Below are positions 38,465 through 47,450 of a DNA stretch of 64,000 nucleotides, piece after piece. The DNA is taken from NCBI GenBank assembly GCA_903863035.1, contig CAIPAT010000167.1, positions 1,963 to 65,962 on the forward strand. Direction: 5' to 3'. The position numbers and the translations under genes were made by a program. Position 1 is the first letter of the stretch; every line of letters starts with the position of its first letter. The notes beneath the pieces were generated by a model. The model was not told where the DNA came from. It saw only the letters and a program-made list of their open reading frames with translations, and searched no databases. This DNA is from an uncultured Lentisphaeria bacterium (GTDB lineage Bacteria; Verrucomicrobiota; Lentisphaeria; Victivallales; Victivallaceae).

Positions 38465-41400
38465 ATGAAAAAACAATTAATCGAAGCAGTAAAGAATCCA
38501 TCCGCTGAATATCGCGGCACATTGTTCTGGGCACTGAACGGCAAGCTGGAGCCGGAGGAGATGCGCCGCCAGATACGCTTGATGAAACAGATGGGCATGG
38601 GCGGTTTTTTTCTGCACGCACGGGTCGGACTGAATACTGAATATCTCGGCGATGAATGGTTTAAATGTGTTGACGCAGCGATTGACGAAGCCACCGGGCT
38701 GGGGATGAAGGTATGGCTGTACGACGAAGACCGCTGGCCGTCCGGCGCTGCAGGCGGACTGGTCACCCGGCATCTGGAATTCCGGATACGCAAACTGTGT
38801 TTTACGGAAATAACCGATTTGCAGAAAACCCCGATTCCGGATGATGCGCAATGGCTGTTTCTGATCAAAATGCGCGATGAAGGGAAATATATCTATGAAA
38901 AGCTCAGTCCCCGGCAGATTCCGCGCAGCCTGAAAACGCATGAAATGATTCTGGCCTGCTGCGTCAAAATGGATGAACCCGATAGCTGGTTCAACGGCCA
39001 GACTTACCTTGACACCTTGAACCCGGATGCGGTCAAAAAATTCATTGACGTGACTCACGAAACCTATCTGAAACGATGCGGCAAAGATTTCGGCGGAGTT
39101 ATTCCAGGAATATTTGCCGATGAGCCGCGTTACAGCCCAATTTTCCCGACTGACGGCTTCACCTGCGCCTGGACCGGGAGGCTGCCGGAGGTATTCAATC
39201 AACGCTACGGCTATGAATTAACAGACCGGCTGCCGGAGCTGTGGATGGGGCACCCCGACGGCAAATTGAACCGGGTCGCGTATCATTATTGCGACTGCGT
39301 CACGGCGATGTTTGTTAAGGCTTTTTCAAAGCAGATCGGCGAATGGTGCGAAAAAAACAAGTTGCTTTTTACCTGTCACATGCTGGCGGAGGATACGCTT
39401 TCCGACCAGACTCGTTCCGTCGGCGCCTGTATGCCGCATTATGAATACATGCAGGCTCCCGGCATGGACGAATTGACTGAATACTGGCGCATTTACGCCA
39501 CCGCCAAACAACTGAGTTCCGCCGCCAGACAGTTCGGAAAAAAATGGCGGCTGAGCGAAACCTACGGCTGTACCGGCTGGGATTTTCCGTTCAAAGGCTA
39601 TAAGGCGCTTTCCGACTGGCAGGCAGCCCTTGGCGTCAACCTCCGCTGTATGCATTTGGGCTGGTATACGATGGAAGCCGAGGCCAAGCGCGACTATCCG
39701 GCCGGGATTTTCTATCAATCCCCCTGGTGGCAGGTCTATTCGAAAGTGGAAGACTATTTCGCCAGAATCAACCGGGTTATGATCAGCGGCAAGGAAGTCA
39801 GGGATATCCTGGTTATCCATCCGATCGAAAGCAATTGGACGTTGATTCGAAAAAACTGGGCACTGGGAGAGAACAAGCAGCAGGATGCCATGTTTGTCAA
39901 GGTGCAGGATTCGCTGCTTGAAGCCGGCCTGGATTTTGATTACGGTGATGAAAGCATTATGGCGCGGTATGGCAAGGTGACCACCGGGAAAAATCCGGGA
40001 CTGGAAATCGGACAGGCGCAATACAAAGTAGTTATCGTTCCCCCGCTGCTCACGCTCCGCCAGACTACGCTGGAACTGCTTAAGAAATTCAAAGCTGAAG
40101 GCGGAACTGTTATTTTTGCCGGGAAAGCGCCGGAGCATGTCGATGCGCTGGCTTCAAATGAAGCCGTTGAATTCGCCTCCTGCTGCATCATGACAGCCGC
40201 GTCAGGAGCCAAACTTGCAACAGCCGCGGAGCCGGGGCGCAGAATTCTGTTTACAGAGCCTTCCGGCAGAAAAGCGGCGGAACTGCTCTATCTGCTGAAA
40301 GAGGACTCCGAAAACTTCAACTTGTTTGTCTGTAATACCGGTTTATGCGGACAATCCCCGAATACCGAGTCGCCGCCGGTCAGTAAACGCAGGAAAATAC
40401 TGCCTGAAGTGTTAGTCAGCGGCTTTGACGGTTGCAAGGGCATTCCGCTGGAAGTTGATCTGGAGACCGGCAGCATCTATTCCGCCGAATATAAGAACGA
40501 AGGGGGGAAGATGGTAATATCAACCGGATTTCCCGAACTAGGCTCACGACTGTTTATCATTCCCAAGCGTAAAACGGCGGAGTCATTTCCGCGACGCCAT
40601 GTATACTGTCCAGTCCGAAAAGTATCCTTGAAATGCGACCAATATCCGGTCATGCTGTCTGAAGAAAACGTGCTGGTACTGGATCGTCCTGCATATAAAA
40701 TCAGCGATGGTAACTGGCAGCCGCCGGAAGAAGTCCTGCGGATCGACCGTCAGGCGCGTGAATCTCTGGAGTTAGCCGCGCGCGGCGGTCGCATGGTTCA
40801 GCCGTGGCTCAGAAAGATAAATGCCGGCGCCAGAAAAATCCGGATATTCCTGAAGTACGATATCCAGGTAAAAACACTGCCGCGTGGTCCGCTCTATCTG
40901 GGGATGGAAAAGCCGGAGACCTTTGCAATCACCCTGAATGGATTTCCGGTTTCAGCCGATATGCAATCCGGCTGGTGGACGGACCGGTCATTGAAAAAGC
41001 TTCCGATCAATCCGGCGATCATAAATACCGGCAGTAATGAACTGCTGCTGGTCTGTGATTACAGTGAGAATCATCCAGGATTTGAAAGCGCTTTCCTGCT
41101 GGGTGATTTCGGCGTGAAGCTGGCTGCATTCGCCAATCCGGTGATCATTGCACCCGCGCAATCCCTCCGCTGCGGCGATTGGACCAGGCAGGGACTGCCG
41201 TTCTATTCCGGTTCCGTTTCATACCTGATGACGTTTAAAAATACGATCAAAAAAGACGAAGTCTGTTTTATTTTCCTCCCCGATTTTCAAGCTCCCGCCG
41301 CTAGAGTGTTTGTTAACGGCGCCGATGCCGGGGTGATTGCCTGGGAACCGGCGGAACTGGACATTACCCCGTTCCTGAAAAAGAACGCTAACGAGATTAC

Positions 41401-41581
41401 GGTGGAACTATTCGGACACCGGCGGAATTCGCACGGCCCGCTGCATCTGGCAGACCGTAATCCCGGCTGGACCGGACCTGGAGAATTTGTTTCCAAAGGC
41501 GAATTGTGGCAGGATGCATACGTTATTAAACCATGCGGCTTGAAAACAGCTCCGGTTATCATGATTAAAAAAATATTGTAA
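38465..41581 (+). CDS. Large glycoside-hydrolase-like protein (family not assignable by eye)
   Basis: 1038 aa. The N-terminal block YRGTLFWALNGKLEPEEMRRQIRLMKQMGMGGFFLHARVGLNTEYLGDEWF...KVWLYDEDRWPSGAAGG resembles proteins I recall being annotated as glycosyl hydrolases (GH106/GH2-like architecture). No signal peptide is present. Confidence 0.55.
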   Translation: MKKQLIEAVKNPSAEYRGTLFWALNGKLEPEEMRRQIRLMKQMGMGGFFLHARVGLNTEYLGDEWFKCVDAAIDEATGLGMKVWLYDEDRWPSGAAGGLVTRHLEFRIRKLCFTEITDLQKTPIPDDAQWLFLIKMRDEGKYIYEKLSPRQIPRSLKTHEMILACCVKMDEPDSWFNGQTYLDTLNPDAVKKFIDVTHETYLKRCGKDFGGVIPGIFADEPRYSPIFPTDGFTCAWTGRLPEVFNQRYGYELTDRLPELWMGHPDGKLNRVAYHYCDCVTAMFVKAFSKQIGEWCEKNKLLFTCHMLAEDTLSDQTRSVGACMPHYEYMQAPGMDELTEYWRIYATAKQLSSAARQFGKKWRLSETYGCTGWDFPFKGYKALSDWQAALGVNLRCMHLGWYTMEAEAKRDYPAGIFYQSPWWQVYSKVEDYFARINRVMISGKEVRDILVIHPIESNWTLIRKNWALGENKQQDAMFVKVQDSLLEAGLDFDYGDESIMARYGKVTTGKNPGLEIGQAQYKVVIVPPLLTLRQTTLELLKKFKAEGGTVIFAGKAPEHVDALASNEAVEFASCCIMTAASGAKLATAAEPGRRILFTEPSGRKAAELLYLLKEDSENFNLFVCNTGLCGQSPNTESPPVSKRRKILPEVLVSGFDGCKGIPLEVDLETGSIYSAEYKNEGGKMVISTGFPELGSRLFIIPKRKTAESFPRRHVYCPVRKVSLKCDQYPVMLSEENVLVLDRPAYKISDGNWQPPEEVLRIDRQARESLELAARGGRMVQPWLRKINAGARKIRIFLKYDIQVKTLPRGPLYLGMEKPETFAITLNGFPVSADMQSGWWTDRSLKKLPINPAIINTGSNELLLVCDYSENHPGFESAFLLGDFGVKLAAFANPVIIAPAQSLRCGDWTRQGLPFYSGSVSYLMTFKNTIKKDEVCFIFLPDFQAPAARVFVNGADAGVIAWEPAELDITPFLKKNANEITVELFGHRRNSHGPLHLADRNPGWTGPGEFVSKGELWQDAYVIKPCGLKTAPVIMIKKIL

Positions 41582-41671
41582 CTCACATTAAATAACATTG
41601 TCAAAAAATGGAAAACAGGCTAGAGCAAAGACTTGAAAAATTATTAAGCCACTAAAAAGGAGAGTCAAAAA

Positions 41672-42481
41672 ATGAGAGACAAGAAAAGTTGTAAACAGTT
41701 GGAGTTCACACTCATAGAACTCCTTGTCGTGATCGCGATCATCGCAATTTTGGCCGCCATGCTGCTGCCGGCATTGAATAAGGCCAGAGAAAAAGCGAGA
41801 TTTATCACCTGTGTTAATAATCTAAAACAACTTGGAACAGGAATGACGATGTATGTCAATGACTATGCCTCCTTTCCTGTTCATATTCAACCAGCCGCCG
41901 GGGGATCTAATATTTTTTGGTCAGGACTGCTTACAGTAAACAATTACACAACCCGCATGAATTTTGTTTGCAATAAGCGCGCCTCAGCAGCTAATCCGGC
42001 GTGGGCTGACGCTGCCGCAGGCTATAACAGGCTCCTTAATATAACATTGCCGATGCCTCTGCTTGCGAAAACCACCCCCACCCTGGGCTGGCAGTATGTT
42101 GATTATGGCTATAACTGGGCATATCTGGGGTTATTAAGGCGGTGGTCCGGCAGTGGTCCATCAGCCAAGCTGGAACAGATTAAATATCCGGCACGAATGG
42201 TAATGTTTGCGGAATCTGCATGGGATACGCGCTATAGAGATTGCGGATATTATGCCCTTACTTCAGCGTATAGCGTTGTAAATGGCGACGGTGGCGTCTG
42301 GCCGAATCATGGCAATAAATTAGCCGTTGCCTGGGTGGACGGTCATGTCGATACTTCAGCAACGGCTCCAGGCAGCGGTGAAGTATTGTGCGCAAATCTG
42401 TATTCAGCTTCAGGACCGCTGCTCAATGATTCACTGAATAATAATAAATGGACTCGCGACGGCAAACCCAGGCCTAATTAA
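41672..42481 (+). CDS. Prepilin-type N-terminal cleavage/methylation domain protein with DUF1559-type C-terminus (H-X9-DG)
   Basis: 269 aa. It has the [24 protein letters not shown] pseudopilin N-terminus and a C-terminal [15 protein letters not shown]. This architecture is characteristic of PVC bacteria. Confidence 0.9.
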   Translation: MRDKKSCKQLEFTLIELLVVIAIIAILAAMLLPALNKAREKARFITCVNNLKQLGTGMTMYVNDYASFPVHIQPAAGGSNIFWSGLLTVNNYTTRMNFVCNKRASAANPAWADAAAGYNRLLNITLPMPLLAKTTPTLGWQYVDYGYNWAYLGLLRRWSGSGPSAKLEQIKYPARMVMFAESAWDTRYRDCGYYALTSAYSVVNGDGGVWPNHGNKLAVAWVDGHVDTSATAPGSGEVLCANLYSASGPLLNDSLNNNKWTRDGKPRPN

Positions 42482-42654
42482 TCCAGTGTTATAAAATCAA
42501 TTTTGCTGCAGCAAAGTTAATCTTATATGAAACAGTCAAGTTGCAGGAGGTGACTAAAAACAAAACGGTGAACCATCGTCAAATGTTCGGCTGTTGCTCA
42601 GTCTGCAGATATCAAAAACAGAAAATTGTTAGAAAAAATAAGGTTACATGATCA

Positions 42655-43974
42655 ATGAACAAAATATTGTTAATGCTTCTTGCCCTTTGTGTGCTTACTC
42701 CATACTTCAGCATGTCGGCCGCCGGCGGCTGGGAACAAAAAGAATTTATCATCACGATGTGGTGCCCCCCTATGGCGACTGATGAAAACCTTGCCCGGCT
42801 GGTGAGTGAGGGATTCACGTTAACCAACGTGTCCTGGAAGGGAAGTGACCTTCGTTCTACTAAAGAAGAAACGCTGAAACTGCTGGCCAACGTCGACAAG
42901 TATAAAATCAAGACCCTTGTGGGTAACGGCTATATTCCGCTTTTACGTCCAGAGGCTTTGGACGATCCGGTCAAGAAGGCTGAACTTGACGAATTCATCG
43001 ACACGGTAAAAAAGCATCCATCCTTTGAGGGATACTACCTGAAAGACGAGCCGGGGGCCGACTCTTTTGCAGATTGGAGCCGTATGATACGGTATTTGAA
43101 AGAACGCGATCCCGATCATTTAGTATACATTAATCTGTTGCCTACCTATGCCAGCAAAAAACAGTTAGGCGTATTTTTACAAGAGACGCCCAAAGGAACT
43201 GTCAGTATTCCAGATAATTATGAGGGTGTTGCAGCCTGTAAAGATACCATCCTGCTTTATGATGAATATCTGAAACAGTATATTAACCTGACAAAACCGG
43301 AACTGATCAGCTACGACCACTATTTCATGCGCAAAGACAAAGAACGCAAACAGTATTTCCTGAATCTGGAACTGATAAGGCGCGCCTCCGGCCAGGCCGG
43401 AGTGCCGTTCCTTAATATCATTCAGGCATGCTCCATTGAAAAAGCATGGAGAATGCCGGGTAAAGACGAACTGCGCTGGCTGGCTTATACGACTATGGTT
43501 TATGGCGGCCGCGGCATAAGCTGGTTTCTTTATGACGGCCCGGCCAGTTTCGGCGGCTTGTATCAGGATGGCAAAAGAATGCCGGCCGCAGACTGGGTTA
43601 CCGAAATAAACCAGGAGATCAAAAGCCTGGGACCGGAACTTATGAAACTTAATTCAAACCAGGTATATCATTCCGATCCGCTGCCGAACGGCACTCAAAA
43701 CATGACCGCAAGCCCGGTCAAAGCAACCGGTGGCGAGTATATCGTGGGAATGTTCAAAGGCAGTGATGGCGCTGATGCATTTATGATTATGAATCGTGAC
43801 TGGAAAACGAAATCCATCGCCAGGGTATCCATAAGTCTGGGAGACGGAGAATTATTTGAATTTTCCATCCCCCGCAGACAATGGGAAAAAATTAAGACGG
43901 TTACGCCTGGAAGCACAATCGATGTTGAGTTACTCCCCAGCTTCGGAAAACTGTTTAAAATACAGAAAACTTAA
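42655..43974 (+). CDS. Secreted hypothetical protein; possible clan GH-A-like TIM-barrel hydrolase
   Basis: 439 aa. It has the signal peptide MNKILLMLLALCVLTPYFSMSAAG. YYLKDEPG resembles the acid/base NEP-type strand of GH-A enzymes. The functional call is weak. Confidence 0.5.
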   Translation: MNKILLMLLALCVLTPYFSMSAAGGWEQKEFIITMWCPPMATDENLARLVSEGFTLTNVSWKGSDLRSTKEETLKLLANVDKYKIKTLVGNGYIPLLRPEALDDPVKKAELDEFIDTVKKHPSFEGYYLKDEPGADSFADWSRMIRYLKERDPDHLVYINLLPTYASKKQLGVFLQETPKGTVSIPDNYEGVAACKDTILLYDEYLKQYINLTKPELISYDHYFMRKDKERKQYFLNLELIRRASGQAGVPFLNIIQACSIEKAWRMPGKDELRWLAYTTMVYGGRGISWFLYDGPASFGGLYQDGKRMPAADWVTEINQEIKSLGPELMKLNSNQVYHSDPLPNGTQNMTASPVKATGGEYIVGMFKGSDGADAFMIMNRDWKTKSIARVSISLGDGELFEFSIPRRQWEKIKTVTPGSTIDVELLPSFGKLFKIQKT

Positions 43975-43995
43975 TCACTCGAACCGCATTGCAAG

Positions 43996-44024
43996 CCGTC
44001 GCCGTAATCTACGGCGGCGGTTTT
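43996..44024 (+). terminator. Rho-independent terminator after 42655..43974
   Basis: The stem ccgtcgccg/cggcggcgg has a 7-nt loop and is followed by TTTT. Confidence 0.65.
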
Positions 44025-44114
44025 ATCGCTGAAATCAATTAGTTTTTTACCAAAACGCAATTATAATAAACCTGCATGCCATAGAGTTATTACAATTGGA
44101 GAGGATTGAAGAAA

Positions 44115-45224
44115 ATGAAAATTGATGCTGTTGAAATTTATCATGTCGCAATGCCTATGATTCATCCTTTCAAAACTGCATTTGGCAACACTCACACCAT
44201 TGAATCAGTGCTGGTTAAACTTATTTCCGGAGATCATTACGGCTGGGGGGAGGCCGCATCATGGCAATATCCGGCATTTTCTCCAGAATTCGCCGAAGGC
44301 CAGTTCCTGGTTTCGAAGCAATTCATAACCCCTTCACTGCTTGGCAGGGATATCTCATCCGGACGGCAGTTACAGGATAGTCTCGCCTGGATCAAAGGCA
44401 ACTTTTTTGCAAAAGCCGGGTTTGACCTTGCCTGGTGGGACCTCTATGCGAAAATGCAGAACAAACCTTTATGGCAGATACTTGGGGGAAAAAGCCCTGA
44501 TGTGGAATCGGGGGCGGATTTTGGCATTCTGGAAAAAGTGGATATTCTGATAGATACTGTTACAAAAGCTGTTGCAGACGGATACAAGCGGGTAAAGCTG
44601 AAATACGGTCCCGGCTGGGAACTGGATATGATTTCCGCCGTCAGGGAAACTTTTCCTGATCTGATAATCCACGTCGACTGCAACAGTGCCTACACGCTTG
44701 CCGACATCGAGATGCTCAAACAACTGGACAAATACAACCTGGCAATGATCGAACAGCCGCTGATGAGTGATGACCTGGTGGATCATGCATTTCTTCAGGC
44801 TCAGCTGAAAACCCCGATATGCCTGGATGAAAGCATCACGTCTCAAGCCAAAATGCGCAAGGCTGTTCAGCTCAAAGCCTGCCGCCTCGTCAATATAAAG
44901 CTCGGACGTACCGGCGGCATTACCAATGCCCTGGAAATCAATAAAATCTGCGAGGTCGCCGGTATCCCCTGCTGGGTAGGCAGCATGGGAGATTCAGGAA
45001 TCGGTGCCTCTCATAATATCGCGTTCTCCACACTGTCAAATATCAAATATCCGTGTGATATTTTCCCGACCGGAAGATTATATGAAAAAGATCTGGCTGT
45101 GCCCGAAATAGTTCATTCCGCTCCTTCGATGTTCAGGGCGAAGGATGTGCCGGGAATAGGGGAAGAACCTGATCCGGAAATGTTGTCAAAGGAAACACTG
45201 CATCAAGCTGTTGTCAAGCGATAG
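44115..45224 (+). CDS. Enolase-superfamily enzyme, o-succinylbenzoate synthase / N-acylamino-acid racemase (NSAR/OSBS) subgroup
   Basis: The ORF-track TTG at 44106 abuts the GGAGAGGA. The ATG at 44115 has a 9-nt spacing, so I prefer it. It has KLKYGPGWE, IHVDCNSAY, MIEQPL, CLDES and NIKLGRTGG, which are the metal and catalytic-lysine blocks. Confidence 0.85.
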   Translation: MKIDAVEIYHVAMPMIHPFKTAFGNTHTIESVLVKLISGDHYGWGEAASWQYPAFSPEFAEGQFLVSKQFITPSLLGRDISSGRQLQDSLAWIKGNFFAKAGFDLAWWDLYAKMQNKPLWQILGGKSPDVESGADFGILEKVDILIDTVTKAVADGYKRVKLKYGPGWELDMISAVRETFPDLIIHVDCNSAYTLADIEMLKQLDKYNLAMIEQPLMSDDLVDHAFLQAQLKTPICLDESITSQAKMRKAVQLKACRLVNIKLGRTGGITNALEINKICEVAGIPCWVGSMGDSGIGASHNIAFSTLSNIKYPCDIFPTGRLYEKDLAVPEIVHSAPSMFRAKDVPGIGEEPDPEMLSKETLHQAVVKR

Positions 45225-45259
45225 CCTGAATTATTCAGGCTAATGACAAGGAACGAAAT

Positions 45260-46438
45260 ATGACGCTTAAAAAGAAAATTGAGGACCTAGTTGACAGGAT
45301 ACTGCCGGAAGTCATCGCGCTGAGGCGTACAATCCATCGGAATCCGGAACTGGCCGGAAGCGAATTGTCCACCGCTGCATTAATCAGAAATACATTGATT
45401 GCCAACGGACTCGAACTTCTGCCTCCGTTTCTCAAAACCGATGTTGTGGGGATATTGAAAGGCAAAAGGGATGGCAAAAATATTGCTCTCCGCGCCGATA
45501 TTGACGCCTTGCCAATGCAGGAGCTGAATAACTTTCCCTATAAATCATCCGTGGACGGACGAATGCATGCATGCGGGCACGACGGGCATGCGGCCATGCT
45601 GATCGGTGCGGCCATGGTACTCATCAAACTCAGGGACGAATTAAAAGGATCAGTGCGTTTTGTTTTCCAGCCAGGAGAGGAAATAGCCGCCATGGGGAAG
45701 GATCTTGTTGATGCCGGAGCTCTTAAAAATCCGGAACCTGATGCAGTGTTCGCAATACATGCCCAAAGTGGATATCCTGCCGGTTCGATAATTTCACGTC
45801 CGGGAACAATCATGGCGGCCATTGGTTTTCTCAAACTAAAAATTATCGGACGCGGCGGACATGGCTCCAGGCCGGAACTTACCGTTGATCCGATCCTCGT
45901 CGGCAGCCGAATCGTTGAATCCCTGCAAAGCATTGTCTCACGGAATATTGATCCGCAGGACCCCGCAGTTATCAGTATATGCCGTTTCGAAGGCGGAAGA
46001 AATGCAAACGTCATTCCGGAAGAAGTGATCCTTGAAGGAACTACCCGTTTCTTTGACAACAAAGTCGGGGAACAAATTCACCGGCTGATTGAGCAGACGA
46101 TCAAGGGAGTCTGCCTCGCGTCCGGAGCAATATATGAATTTGACTACAAACAGCCATACATTCCTACTGTCAATGATTCTGTTTATGTAGAGGCCGCCCG
46201 CAAGGTTACTGAAAAATATCTTGGCAGTAATATGTGGTTTGAAATGGAGAGAGCGTTGCTCGGAGGAGAGGATTTCGCCTTCTATCTTCGGGATTATCCG
46301 GGAGCGTTTTGCTTTATCGGAATCGGAGAGGACAGCCCGGCTCTCCACAATCCGAATTTTGACTTTAACGATGAGGCAATACGAAATGGGATTATTTACC
46401 TTGTTGCTATGACGCTCGAGACAATGGAAGCGAACTAA
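45260..46438 (+). CDS. M20-family amidohydrolase (N-acyl-L-amino-acid amidohydrolase / hippurate hydrolase type)
   Basis: 392 aa. It has RRTIHRNPELAGSE, MHACGHDGH, QPGEE and HNPNFDFNDEA. Confidence 0.9.
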   Translation: MTLKKKIEDLVDRILPEVIALRRTIHRNPELAGSELSTAALIRNTLIANGLELLPPFLKTDVVGILKGKRDGKNIALRADIDALPMQELNNFPYKSSVDGRMHACGHDGHAAMLIGAAMVLIKLRDELKGSVRFVFQPGEEIAAMGKDLVDAGALKNPEPDAVFAIHAQSGYPAGSIISRPGTIMAAIGFLKLKIIGRGGHGSRPELTVDPILVGSRIVESLQSIVSRNIDPQDPAVISICRFEGGRNANVIPEEVILEGTTRFFDNKVGEQIHRLIEQTIKGVCLASGAIYEFDYKQPYIPTVNDSVYVEAARKVTEKYLGSNMWFEMERALLGGEDFAFYLRDYPGAFCFIGIGEDSPALHNPNFDFNDEAIRNGIIYLVAMTLETMEAN

Positions 46439-46525
46439 ACGGTATTATTATCTGTCGATGTGATGAAAATATTGACCATAAATTGCATTGTTCAACTGCA
46501 GAAGTTAGAATGCACCCAGACGCGG

Positions 46526-46591
46526 ACATCGCCGTCCCGGTGGAAGGCCCCTACAAACCGGAACATTACAGATATTAACCAGCAGTAGTTA
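46526..46591 (+). repeat. Duplicate of the last ~17 codons and stop of ahcY (left part of the duplicated ahcY tail)
   Basis: 46526-46590 aligns with 34186-34250 with 3 mismatches in 65 nt (...gtcccggtggaaggcccctacaaaccggaacattacagatattaaccagcagtagtt). No ORF leads into it, so it is a gene fragment. Confidence 0.85.
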
Positions 46592-46858
46592 TACTCTGCG
46601 CGGCTGAAAATTAAACTATAGATTGCGAAGATTTTGAGAATTGGTTCGTATTCTGAGAGGCTGCCGATACCGGGGTATCGAAAACCTCGAAGAGTGCGAA
46701 TCCAAACTCAAAAGATCGCAACCGCTTTGCTGTGATGTCTTGCGGTTGTATTCTTCCGTTCCTTCTTCCGGCGATATTCATATCGCCTGTCAGTCGGATC
46801 GAAAAATCCAATCCACAATCCTATTCATCTATAGTTGAATTTTCAGCCGTGCAGAGTA
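46592..46858 (+). mobile_element. MITE copy B (complete, 267 bp) inserted into the duplicated ahcY tail
   Basis: The TIRs are tactctgcgcggctgaaaatt ... aattttcagccgtgcagagta. TA is present on both sides (46590-91 and 46859-60). The uninterrupted paralogous site at 34245-34258 reads agtagtTCgatatac, against agtagtTA[MITE]TAgatatac here. Confidence 0.8.
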
Positions 46859-46860
46859 TA

Positions 46861-46906
46861 GATATACAGCGGGAAAGAACTGAACAAGTTTTTTCCCGCT
46901 TTTTTT
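46861..46906 (+). repeat. Duplicate of the ahcY terminator (right part of the duplicated tail)
   Basis: 46861-46906 matches 34252-34296 (gatatacagcgggaaagaactgaacaagttttttcccgctttttt). It retains the terminator hairpin and T-run. Confidence 0.85.
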
Positions 46907-47121
46907 ATTTGCGACCGGGTGCGAGAAAAAAAATAGAATCAAGAATATCCTGTAAACCATGTTAAATAAAACTCTGCACCCAGGCGCGGACATTGGCGGG
47001 AACAATGATTTGAGACTTGATAGAATTGTATGCCGTAATTTGTGTTTGCAAGGCATGTTAAAGCGGCTTTTTGCACGTTTTGCGGAGAAATTGCTAATTC
47101 TCTTTTTTGAGGCTGAAATAT

Positions 47122-47199
47122 GGGGTGGATGACGGGACTCGAACCCGCGACCTTCTGGGCCACAACCAGACGCTCTAACCAACTGAGCTACAACCACCA
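47122..47199 (-). tRNA. tRNA-His (GTG), with encoded G-1 and CCA
   Basis: The reverse complement is GGTGGTTGTAGCTCAGTTGGTTAGAGCGTCTGGTTGTGGCCCAGAAGGTCGCGGGTTCGAGTCCCGTCATCCACCCCA. The anticodon loop is TTGTGGC. An extra 5' G opposite discriminator C is typical of tRNA-His. There is one T-T mismatch in the acceptor stem. Confidence 0.9.
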
Positions 47200-47232
47200 T
47201 GAGACAGGCCGCATGTGCGGAAATCGAAAAAA

Positions 47233-47306
47233 TGGCTGCCCCGCAAGGATTCGAACCTCGGCAAAATGATCCAGAATCACTTGTGCTACCGTTACACCAC
47301 GGGGCA
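47233..47306 (-). tRNA. tRNA-Gln (CTG), CCA encoded
   Basis: The reverse complement is TGCCCCGTGGTGTAACGGTAGCACAAGTGATTCTGGATCATTTTGCCGAGGTTCGAATCCTTGCGGGGCAGCCA. The acceptor stem is TGCCCCG/CGGGGCA and the anticodon loop is TTCTGGA. Confidence 0.9.
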
Positions 47307-47450
47307 AACTAAACAAGGCGTATAATATAGAACAAAAAAAATAAATGTCAAGAAAATATCTTCCTTTTTTTGAGGCTGTATACGCTTTTCGCCGACGTGA
47401 TCATGGTTTGGTTTTACATTTTTATGGAGGGCACACACCCATTCACGCAA

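Noticed and set aside
46829-47200. 123-aa and 74-aa minus-strand ORFs overlapping tRNA-His and the duplicated terminator
   Set aside because: They read through a tRNA gene, a terminator and MITE sequence. They are artefacts of an intergenic region.
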